Assembly: GCA_904063045.1 (NCBI GenBank)
Contig: CAJFCJ010000025.1
Span: 930,001-994,000, forward strand
Length of the DNA stretch: 64,000 nucleotides
Source of the DNA: Dimorphilus gyrociliatus
Lineage: Eukaryota; Animalia; Annelida
Direction of reading: 5' to 3'
Shown here: positions 37,195 through 47,928 of the stretch, piece by piece
Layout: the number at the start of each line of letters is the position of its first letter
Numbering within the stretch: position 1 is the stretch's first letter
The notes under the pieces: generated by a model
Seen by the model: only the letters and a program-made list of their open reading frames with translations
Databases searched by the model: none
What the model was told of the DNA's origin: nothing
Program-made: the position numbers and the translations under genes

Positions 37195-39460
37195 TTAATT
37201 CAATGGCATGAGAGATCTTCTTCTTGCTATCTTCTTATCTGCTTCTGTATACGAAGATATAAATTGGTTCAATTATGAATAATGTACAAGTCACAAGTAA
37301 CACTTACTTATTCCATTTGAAATGGGCGGATTACCATTTTGATATATATCAACTGGTGTAATGCTAGGCTTTCTTCTTCTCTTCTCTTCAGTTTTTTTAA
37401 GAGTAGGAGAACCAATCTTGCGTTTTGGTGACACTGAAAATTCATCTGTAAATATAACGCTAATAACTCCGCTGTTCCCGCTCTTTTCTGATTCGGATTC
37501 GGGTAGAAATTTGCCATTAGCTTTAAAGTGAAATGAAAATCCTTATAAATAGCTTTTTAATACTAATTAGCAAGTTACCGTCGGTTTTATTCTGAATGAT
37601 AGAATTTTCTGTAGTGATACTACTTTCGGGCAAGGAAGTTTGCGTTTTCAGAGCGTCTGCCGCTCCAACTAGGATTTTCTTTCTCTTCTTTGGTAACTTT
37701 AATTTCGCTTGGGCGTGACTATAATATGATGCAAAGTTGTTGACAATTACAGGAACAGGTAAGGCCAATACTAAAACCCCTGTTAGTGCGCAAACCATTC
37801 CTACTATGTATCCTAAAGCTGTCCGAGGGTATATATCACCGTAGCCAATTGTTGTTAGTGTTACGGCAGCCCACCAGAAAGCTACTGGAATATTCTTAAA
37901 GTCATTTTTAGCGGGATCGTCTACCGATTCCGCAAAATAGACCAATGATGAGAATACAATGCAAGAAAGAAAGAGGAAAATGAGAAGCAAGACCAACTCC
38001 TTTGCCGAAGCTCTCAGCGTATGCCAAAGAACTTTGAGGCCACTAAAATGTCTGTTTAACTTGAATATCCTCACAATACGTATTATTCTAGCTGTTTTTA
38101 AAAATTGCAGTACATCGTAATTGACATTGAGCTTTAGCACCATAAATAATTTTTCAATTATAAATATAACAATAGAGAAAATATCGGCCCAAACAAGAGG
38201 AGATTTGCAGAATTCTTTTAATTTCTTCGAAACGATTATCTTCATTTTTTATGTGGTTTTATTTTTTTTTGTTGCAGAGACATAATTAGCCCAAGTGTCT
38301 CATTTTTAATGAATAAAAATGTCTAATCTATTAACTTATTACTAATATAATATACTTAATAAGAAGATTCCATTTTAGCGTAATTATATGCACATATATA
38401 TAAATATATATAAAGAGACAGAGAGAGAGAGAGAGAGAGAGAACTTAAAGAGATATGCTAATTTCCTTTATTAGGCTAATAAAAACTAATTACGTCATTG
38501 CAACCTTTGCAGTTAGTTCAAGAATAAAAAATCCGACGCAGACGTATTCGATGATTTTCAGGGCTAAATGAGGTCTTGAATTACTATTCTTTTCTCTAAT
38601 TGTCCAATTCGGATTTGTTGATCCATTATCATTTCCAACACGGAAAATTACATGCGTTTCGCACGCCAATACAAGAATAGAGACGAGTACAAAGAAAAGA
38701 GAAGTAAAAGCAAAAACTTGAGCACCTCTAGAACTATATGGCTCTTCCAAGAGAGCCCATAACTTTTCCCTTGTCCGTTGCCATCTTGTTAAAGGCTTCT
38801 CTATAATATCCTCTGACAGACCAAATCTTTGGGCAATACTTACACTTTCTTCATCTTCGCTAGGTTCAAAGTCACCTTGGGTGAGAACGATTAAGGTACT
38901 CCTAATAAATCCTCTATAGATATATTATGGAAGGGAAAAAACTTACCACCATCAAATTCCCTTAGAGTATCCTGAGCATCTCTATGTGTTCTATAATTCA
39001 TCCAGCAGCAAGGTTCAATCTGGTTTTCATCAATACCCCAGAAGTTAAGCTCATCTTCGAAAAGTGGCCCACATATATCGGTTGGGGCGTGTAGCTTTCC
39101 AGTTCTATAGTAATTCAAAACCATTAGGAACACTCCGGGATGCCGATCAAAAAAGTATTCTCCAGTTGTTGGGTCATAGTCGCAATTTTGAGTAGTGGTT
39201 TCAGTCAGCCATGAAAGTCTAAAAAGAATACGAAAGAATACGTTCTTTAACGTTAAGATAGTAGATTGCCAAAAAAAAAAGAGTATAAACAACCTGGAAT
39301 CGGGAATATTTTTAAGTGTCGACTTGTAAGTTTCGTAACGAATACCTCCAACGTTAATAACAACTTTATTCTCAGTTTTACTGGACGCACCTCCTCCTGG
39401 GGCTAAGGAACACTTTGGAGCAAGGGATAATGAACGCGACTTAACAGATTTCTCATCCAT
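37195..39460 (-). CDS. KCNC/Shaw: Voltage-gated K+ channel, Kv3/Shaw family, ~577 aa, 6 exons
   Basis: Exons 39460-39294, 39218-38947, 38875-38505, 38239-37579, 37520-37308, 37244-37195; 1734 nt in frame. T1 domain [12 protein letters not shown]...FFDRHPGVF with Zn motif HAPTDIC...EPCCW, S4 [17 protein letters not shown], pore [19 protein letters not shown]6 PVPVIVNNF. Confidence 0.95.
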
Positions 39461-41108
39461 TTTGCTAGCTTAGCCTAGTCCATAACCAGATGTTTGGTAC
39501 CCAATGAGAAAGAAAAAGTGAAGAGAAACGTGCTTAATAAACAAATTGTTGTTATGGCGATTAAGATAAATCTTTGAACTGTTATAGAAGAAAACTTTTA
39601 ATGGATATTCTTATAATGATAGTTCCTTCTACTGTGAAAAACATATTTGAATATTGACGATTACGCAGCTGGTACTCAACTAGCACTTCAGGAAGATAAG
39701 CTTTTGTAACTGGTTTATTTGGTTTAAGCTTATCTTGTTGATTGGAGGATAATGACCGTTTTTATCATGGAAAAGAACGACAAGGGATCCAGGAAGAGAA
39801 TAAATTAGTGCAGGGGGTAAAAAGAGAGCAGGGAATAGAATGAAAGAGGAAAAATAAAGAGGATTATTATTAATTTCTTTCCATCCCAATTCCAAATTCT
39901 CCTTCACAAATTATTAATATTCATGGGATCTATGACGAAATTTAGTGCCGATAAACTCTTTTGTTTCCGAAAGCTTTAAAGAAGAGGGAAGGGCACAAGA
40001 GGAAAGAAAAGCAGAAAAGAAAAATCTCTTCGAGTTGAGAGAATTCTAGAAGTGTTATTAGTTTTTCTGGAACAAAATAAAAGAATTTTCAATAATTCTT
40101 AGTTTATACTAATAGATATTGATCATATTGCATAATAGTTCTTTAGAAACTAACAAAAAACAACAACTATATAAGCAGAAACCTTCTTGAAAATCAACTA
40201 CTCAATTAGTATACCTTTCTAGTCTAAAGAAAATTGATGACGCGGTCACCATGGAACAAAAGCGTCTAAATACAATATATGTATTTAGGGTATATATATA
40301 AATATACATATACTTGATAAGAAAAGAAAAGTAAAACAGAGTATAATCTAAAGAAATGAAAGGAATAAAGAGAAGGAGAAGGACAGCGGCAGAGATAGAG
40401 AGATAGACAGAAGAGATAGATAGATAGAGGGGTTTTTTTTTATATACATACTTGTATAATAAGATATTCTACATACGTGTCAATGTCCTACATTTGTCTA
40501 TTATCATCTACTATTTTCAAGAAAGTAAATTAATAATTGTTTGGAAATAACTTAAGGGTTAAGCAATAAATTATATATGTATTATATATATTTATATTTT
40601 ATTATACGGAGATTTATTATGCTTGTACAAAGAATAAAAAAAGACCAATTAACGTATGAACTAAAACTGTAAATTCTTAATATACTTAGTCATAGAACAG
40701 TGTATAGATATATGGTGAATATAAATGCTTATATATATATATATATGCTGTATATATATATATACCTAATATTCAATCTCTCTCGCCCTTCTTTTCCTTC
40801 AACTATCCTCTAACAACAAACGTAATAAATCCAAACTGCGACAGTTTCCGTACAAAAGAGCAATAATAATAATAATAATAATAAGAATATCAAGCAGGGT
40901 AATTAAGTTTTTATATAGCTTATGAATTTTGCTTAAATTTCATTGATCATTAATTCGTTTATTCATTAAAATCTTTATCTTTTCTAATCAATAATTAAAT
41001 CATTAAAACTTTATGACTGGGGAAAATGCTTTATACTCTCTTCAATTTTCTTTTGCTTATACTAATAATACTGTTTTAGTTTGTCAAGGAATACTTTCTT
41101 TGCCATTC

Positions 41109-41530
41109 TCAGAGGTTATTGACCATACGTGGAAAACCTCTTTCCACTTCCCATCCAGTTTCTCCTGGTCTGCCGTTCTTCGCTTTCGGAAATGAAGCGT
41201 TTGGAGCCGCCTTAAACAAATACGACACTGAATTCGTAATTTGTCCTGATCTGGCTGTTTCTCCGATAAACATAGGCTGTTCAACTCGAACTCTATGATG
41301 CCAGATACCGTCTGGTCCTAGGGAAAAAAACACGCCCGCAATAATAACAATCAATACATGCTTTTATTTGTTTGTTTATTTATTCTATTTAAAGACGAAC
41401 CGTCGTAAATTATTCCTTTTCTACCAGAGGGAATGTCCTGCTTCTTCTCATCTTCAAAAACTTTGTTACTGCTTTTACTGCTCTTTGTAACGGTAGTAGA
41501 AGCAGTCGTCGGTCTTGATTTTACACTCAT
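41109..41530 (-). CDS. Small protein resembling C4orf45/SPMIP2 (DUF4562), ~104 aa, 2 exons
   Basis: Exons 41530-41425 and 41317-41109, phase 1 GT-AG. SGPDGIWHHRVRVEQPMFIGE...VSYLFKAAPNASFPKAKNGRPGETGW follows the GPD.I...GE...YL...A.N.S.P...E.GW pattern I recall for DUF4562. Family from memory; the 3' end may be incomplete. Confidence 0.65.
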
Positions 41531-42704
41531 TTGTTCGTTTTTCTCTCTTTTCAAGGTTATAGCATAAATCCTACGTATTATTAGATCTTCCCTCAACCGT
41601 TACTTGTAATATTCAAACAGACAGTAGCTAGGAGATTATTGATCATTTCAACAAATCGCCATGTTTTATCCATATCCAATCAATAACCTGCAGGTAACTC
41701 GACAATTGTAGCTGTCAATTTTATTTCCTATTTTTATTGATCTAAGTCATTAAAACCCACGGCTTAACCCTCTCAACAATAATAATTACATCCTTCTATC
41801 AAAAATTACACTTAGAAGTCTACATAACCCACTTTTTCTTTTTTCGAATAAAAACTATACAGAATATCTGAGTGATAAGTATATTATTTCTCATATATAT
41901 TAACTTATACGCAGCAAAAACTGTGATTCTGCGAGATAATGGTTAAACGTTTACTGAATCATTCATCATCCGACAAATGACATCAAAGCAAAATAAAAAC
42001 AGTATGCTCGTCCTATATATCTCTAATCCGATACCTTTCAGTTATACCTTTCAGTTGTTGAAAACAGTTGACCTTTATAAAAAATACCTACAGCCTACAA
42101 CATCCTTTAAGATATCCATCAATAATTTCAAACAACAAGAAGAAATAGTACACAAATCCGTATAGACAGTGTACGAGCACTTACATTTGACCATTTTTTG
42201 GTGTTTTTTTTAATAATCTCCGTTTCAATCGAAACTGTTGTAACAAACAAAAAAAATAGGCTTAAGGGGGGTAGGAAGTCTCTTTACTACGTAGTTTATC
42301 ATGCGAAAAATATAACAACCCTGTAAATGTATAGCAAAAAGCTAAAAGACTATTCAGCTGATGAGAAAAAATTCTTATTTCTTTTCGATAGAAAATGTAT
42401 GCAGAGATTTTCTTAAAAGTGTTCAGACACCGAAATCTGAACTCTTTTAGTGCACTGTGAGGACACCGGTAGTTTAGAGAAGATAAGAGATAACGGGCCT
42501 TATTTTGTAGCTAGTGCACCAAGGCACACACTATATATATATAACAGTATATATATATATATATATATTGTACATATACAAGTAGAAATAAGAAATGACC
42601 GGACATTTTTAAGGAATAGACATCATAGGAGAAAATATTTCCGCCATCGTCAGATTCTGTCAATATTTGAACGTAACGAAAAAGAGAAAGAGATTTCAGT
42701 AACT

Positions 42705-44209
42705 ATGAACAAAGTTCTCAGATTCTTCATTATTTTATGGAAGATAGCTTTCGATTTGCTGTCTGATCTTTTAGCGTATTTTAAAGTCAACCTCATAACC
42801 TTAAATATTAAAACTCTTTGCTCAAACATCTCCAAAGAGGCTTCCAGCGATTTATTGAGTAATGATTATCTAATTGAAAATCTGAATTATCTCTTTAAAT
42901 ACAATACGGATAGAATTGAAAATCCCTGTTCATCCAGATTATTTGCTAAAATATGGATAAGTGGCCTATTAGAGCAGAGAGCTCGAGTAAAGAACTACAT
43001 TATGGCAAATCCAAGTGTTCGTAAAGTTCCTCTAAACAGACCTGTATTCATTATAACGCTTATCAGAACTGGTAGCACATTTTTACACTGTCTTCTGGAA
43101 AATGATCATAGATGGAAATGTCCAAAGCTATGGGAACTAGAAGATTTCGCTCCGCCTCCAGGCGATAAAAACGATCAAGTGAGAATTAAGAGATGTCAAT
43201 TAAAATGGGGTTAGTCATCGTAGTATTCTGAAAATTAATTTACACGCATTGAGAATTAGTATAACTAAAAGATATTGATGCTTTTATCAGAATTTGCAGC
43301 GGCGATTATGGGCTGGGATGAAATAAAAAGGACTCATAATTTTGATCCTGAAAAACCTGAAGATTTTCTATTGCTTTATCACATGGATATGAAATTTGTA
43401 CGTATTTATTTATACAAGTTACCTTGTAAATTCATATATTTTTCTTTATTTTCTTTCTATTTTGCTCTTTTTAGCCTATACCTATGAATAATACTATGCT
43501 AAGCAAAGAATATACTAATTTCATAAGGAATAGAAATAAAAAAGTGACAAAAATTTATGATGAAAACCTAAAGACAAATTTGCAAGTCCTATGCAAAAAT
43601 AGTGGTAAAGTTATTTCTTTTATTCATTATATATACAAATAACCTATATTTAGACATGTTTCTTTTTTACTTTCAGATATGATTAATAGAAGATTAATGG
43701 GTATGTTGCACGTTTCGTCTGCCAATTTGGAAACTCTATTAGAGACTTTTCCCGATGCTCAAATTATTACGATACATAGAGATTCGGTAAGCCTTGTAAA
43801 GTCGGCATGCACTTTACATCACCTGAATTCAAAAAGTTGCCATAGGTATTTTAATGATGATAAACTAGGAACAGGTATGAGAATTATGGACATCTTAAAT
43901 CATGATAGTAAAAAACTAGTTGAATGGAGAATGAATGCCAGTTTATATCATAAAGAATATCCTAGATTCGTTGATATCTATTTTGACGATTTAGTTAAGC
44001 AACCTATGGAAACCGTAAATTATATTTATCAACATTTAGGAATGGATATGATCCCTGAAGTCTGGCAAGCAATGTCCAATTATTTAGCGACTCACAAGAA
44101 CTCAAAGAGTAATCCGACAGTGCTAGGGGAATACGGTCTCAGCGAGAGCAATATAAAGCAGACCCTGAGAACCTATTCGGAATTTTTTAAGGTGAAGGAC
44201 AAATGTTGA
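42705..44209 (+). CDS. Sulfotransferase, Sulfotransfer_3 (mycobacterial Stf3-like) type, ~424 aa, 4 exons
   Basis: Exons 42705-43209, 43291-43397, 43475-43604, 43677-44209; 1275 nt in frame. 5'-PSB-like RPVFIITLIRTGSTFLHCLL, WEL..APPP, 3'-PB-like FPDAQIITIHRDSVSLVKS, and FVDIYFDDLVKQPMETVNYIYQHLG. Confidence 0.88.
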
Positions 44210-45264
44210 AAAAGAAGCATATACAGTATATATCAAGCAAGCATTAACAGTAGCCTATAATGATACATATAATATACAGTATATACATATATAGTTAAAG
44301 AGGTATTTAAGCTATTGATCTGATTTATTTGGAAGTTTAGACCTAGAACGAAAGAAGAAAGGATATGAAAAACTTCTATATGAATTGGATTAATTTTAAC
44401 ACAATTTCAAAATCAAACGAATAATAAATAAACCAATTTCGCTTTATTGTTTCTATAAGTATTATTCTTATTGGAATAAACAAGATTATTATAGGCCTAT
44501 AGTTTTTCTTTTTCTTTTCAACTAAATTTATAACTGTATAAGAGCTGATGAGTAACTGTAAATATCTTAATATCAGACTCAAAAACGTATATATATAAAA
44601 GACAAGTATGCAAAAAATTATGGGGAGCAAAAGCTTAGATTGAAAGTGTTGTTGTTTTTTTTATATAAAAAAAAAAGTAAAAGAACAAGTTGAAGCGCTG
44701 AAATGTAAATGTAGATAAGACTGATAAAATTTCCTATTAGCCCTTTGAACAACTAATTCGACAGATGTCAGCACTTTGGTTTTATTTTTTTTCCCTTTCT
44801 GTAGATATTATATTTATACACAGTATACATTTTCTGTATATTTACCGTATGTATCTGCACCCAAATGTATATTATACATATGTAAATAACATTTACGCAT
44901 TATATAATTATTACAAGGGAAAGGGAGGGAGTATGTCAAGGTGAACAGATGTAAAACATTTCAATTATATTTATTAAGAATAAAATATGATTGTTTCTTT
45001 AAAACAAGTAGAAAGTAATAGGTCCAGGCACCTAAAAGAAACTAAATTCTGAGCGAAAATAGCCGGTGCAAACTGACTTTTAGCACCTGTTTAACAAGCA
45101 TAACTTTTCTGACAAACATATGCATAAATAAGTAGGAGGGCATATAATCCGAGGTTAAATGTACCTCTCTTCTAGAAGCCGAATAGAACTGGTAAGATGA
45201 TGACTAGTCAAAAAGTTGGTGCCGAGTAGTGCGGTATAGGTGCTGCTTTAGAATTTCTACATTA

Positions 45265-47928
45265 ATGGCTGGCGGTGCAGCTAGCCAGACAGATAGTGCG
45301 GTATCAGTTGAAAAAATCCTTTAAGCGTGCCGAGGAAAAACTGTACAAATCTTTATTAAACAGATCGATTTGCAAGATGAACCGAGGTTGAGAAGGAAAA
45401 AGAGCCTTAAAGAGATGTGGAAAAAGGCTGTGAGAACGTTAAGATCGGACAGTAAAGAAGAGAAGGATAAAGAGAAGGCTAATAATTGCGGTAAAGTAAA
45501 CTAATCCTACCTTTTCGATTAATAATTATAGGGGCATGCCTTATCAAATTGATCCATATCTCTTTTCAATTATCACTATTTTAGCGAACAAAGATATACA
45601 ATTGGATAGAATACTCTTGGCCTATTAATTTCATTTCATAACAATTTTTTCTTCCTCTAATTTACCTTATTCTATATATTTTATCTATTTCTTTCTTTTC
45701 TTCCCTTCCTTTCTCGCGCTCTCATCTACTCTCTCTCTCTCTCTCTTTTTCTTCCTCTCTTTCATTTATACACACACACACACTCAACCATAAATACATA
45801 CACGCATACACACACTCGCATATATTACATGGTCTATCTCTTTACCTTTCCTTTCCTCTTTCCTATTGCCTATCTTTCTCTTTCTCTTACCTCTTCTATC
45901 TATCCGTTATTGTTTCTCCTTCCAACTTATAGCCTGCCTAACAGTCGCTATTAAGATACTTGAGGTATTTTTTCACTTTAATTTATTGCTACAATCAACC
46001 ATCTTCTCCCAATAAATCTTTTCTTGCTTCCATTACGTAACATGGTCAGAAAATTGGGCGAAAAAAAGTAGCTTGTATATTTTTCCTGATCTTTCTTTTT
46101 TTTATTAAAAAAAAAGAGTAAATATTGTTAGAGTAGATCCCTAGAAAATATTTTTATACTCGACAAGAGAAAACACATAAGATTTTTCATTCGAAAGAAA
46201 TAAACTTATGGTATGAATTTGAATCTTTTTATTTTCATACTTTTTATCAAAACGGATTAGAAAATTCTCTCTAAAAGTCAAAAATTACAAAAAATAGCCC
46301 AAAATTATATCAATTTAAAGAATGAAATCAAAGAGACATTCTTTTAAAAGAATAGGAAACACTTGGGAGAATTGGTGAACTGTAGAGAAGCATGTCAATA
46401 CTACTGCTATTTAAACAACATAGCTACTGATTACGAGCTAATACTACTGGATTGCTAACCAAAGGTTAAATCCTAATTACTCTACTTTTCATTACCCTAC
46501 CACCTCACTCTTACTATATCTCTTCCTCAACTTTACCCAGTCATTTCTTTCTACATATAAATATTGTGATAATATTTTTGCTTTCCCTTCCCTTCCCTTT
46601 TTTCTTCTTTTTGTTCAATTCAAGTCATCATTATAGTCCTTTTTTCTCTTTAGCCCTTAACTCACTCTCTCTCTCTCTCTCTATCACTATCAGTCTCTCT
46701 TACTATTCTAATATTTTTTTTATTACCAACAACATTATTAGAGACCTCACTGTAGCCACCGTAGCCACTTCTTTCTTGTTTTTCTCCTCGCCTCTCCTAC
46801 TCTCCCTCCTCCTACTCCTACTCCTACACCTCTTCCCTCTTCTATTTTTTAAACGTTCGATAGCGATCTTTATTTTTCTTTCACTTTGGTAAAATCTCTA
46901 AACCAGATGGCTTGTAAACAAAAGTCTTCTTTATACTTTGAAGCGCCGTAGAAGTGAATAAAAAAGGCCTATTAACTGTCTTCACAGTACAGTCTTGGTA
47001 GAAAGTTTAGGCTATTTGTAATTTCGCTAAATGCCACAAGCGAGTAAAAATAAGAGAGGAGGAAAAAAAGATAGAGAGAGAGAGAGAGAAAAGCAGAGAA
47101 ATAGAAGAAAGGAAAGAGAGTTTCTGCATCTCTGTCTGTCTGTCTGTTGTTTTTCGCGTTCAAACTTTTATTCAAGTTTTTTAAGTCTTTTTATTATTTT
47201 TATCGGAAGTTTATTTATGAAAGAAAGATAAAGAAATTCGAAGATTCTTACTTTTTCTCTTTACAAATCAATCAGGAAAAGACGAAAAACCTAGGCGAAA
47301 TTCCTCTTTGAAAAAGTCTTTCTTAAGACGAGTTATGTCTAATGAAAGTGACGAAAGCGACAGTCCGTTAGAGAGTACCGAAAGTTTGTATAAGAATAAT
47401 AAGACGTACAGCGGTATTTAATAAACACTATGCATTCATTTTACAGACTTGCCGGCCGATCCAGTTTACAGCTTATTAAAATATTCTTCTTATTTACCAA
47501 AGCAAAATTCAGCGGTTCATCACGCTTGTTGTCTTCAAAAATCGGGACAGGCATCACCAACAATTTCTCTAGGCTCACCAACATCCTTAGGTCCGCCAAG
47601 CCCAAAAGGTACGGAAGTAATAGACGAATAAAAAAGCTTTTATCTAGAGGGAAAATAGAGAGGGAGGGAGGTAAAGAAGTAAGTAGACAGGATATGGAAT
47701 GAATGAATGAATGAATGAATGAATGAGTAAATGAAGAGAATAATGTTAAGCAACACTTATTAAAAGAAATATTAAAAACAAATAGGCTTTATCATAAATT
47801 GCTTAAAGGAATTTCTTGTATATTTATAAACAGATTCAGAGAAAAAGACTTGTACATGTCCGTGCCATACTCCAGAGGTTCTGGAAAATTACCATCTCTC
47901 GTTAATTCATAGGAAAAAATCTTCATGA
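45265..47928 (+). CDS. Unassigned ~175-aa basic/Ser-rich protein, 5 coding exons (missed by the ORF track)
   Basis: Exons 45265-45300, 45364-45490, 47276-47383, 47447-47608, 47834-47928; all GT-AG, phases consistent, two 63-nt introns, plus a 60-nt 5'UTR intron (45192-45251). Product MAGGAASQTDSAIDLQDEPRLRRKKSLKEMWKKAVRTLRS...PRRNSSLKKSFLRRVMSNES...ADPVYSLLKYSSYLPK...KTCTCPCHTPE. Last exon uncertain. Confidence 0.6.

Noticed and set aside
42450-42704. N-terminal extension of the sulfotransferase ORF
   Set aside because: GTG start, runs through a (TA)n tract, and an acceptor (tttcag|) sits just before ATG 42705.
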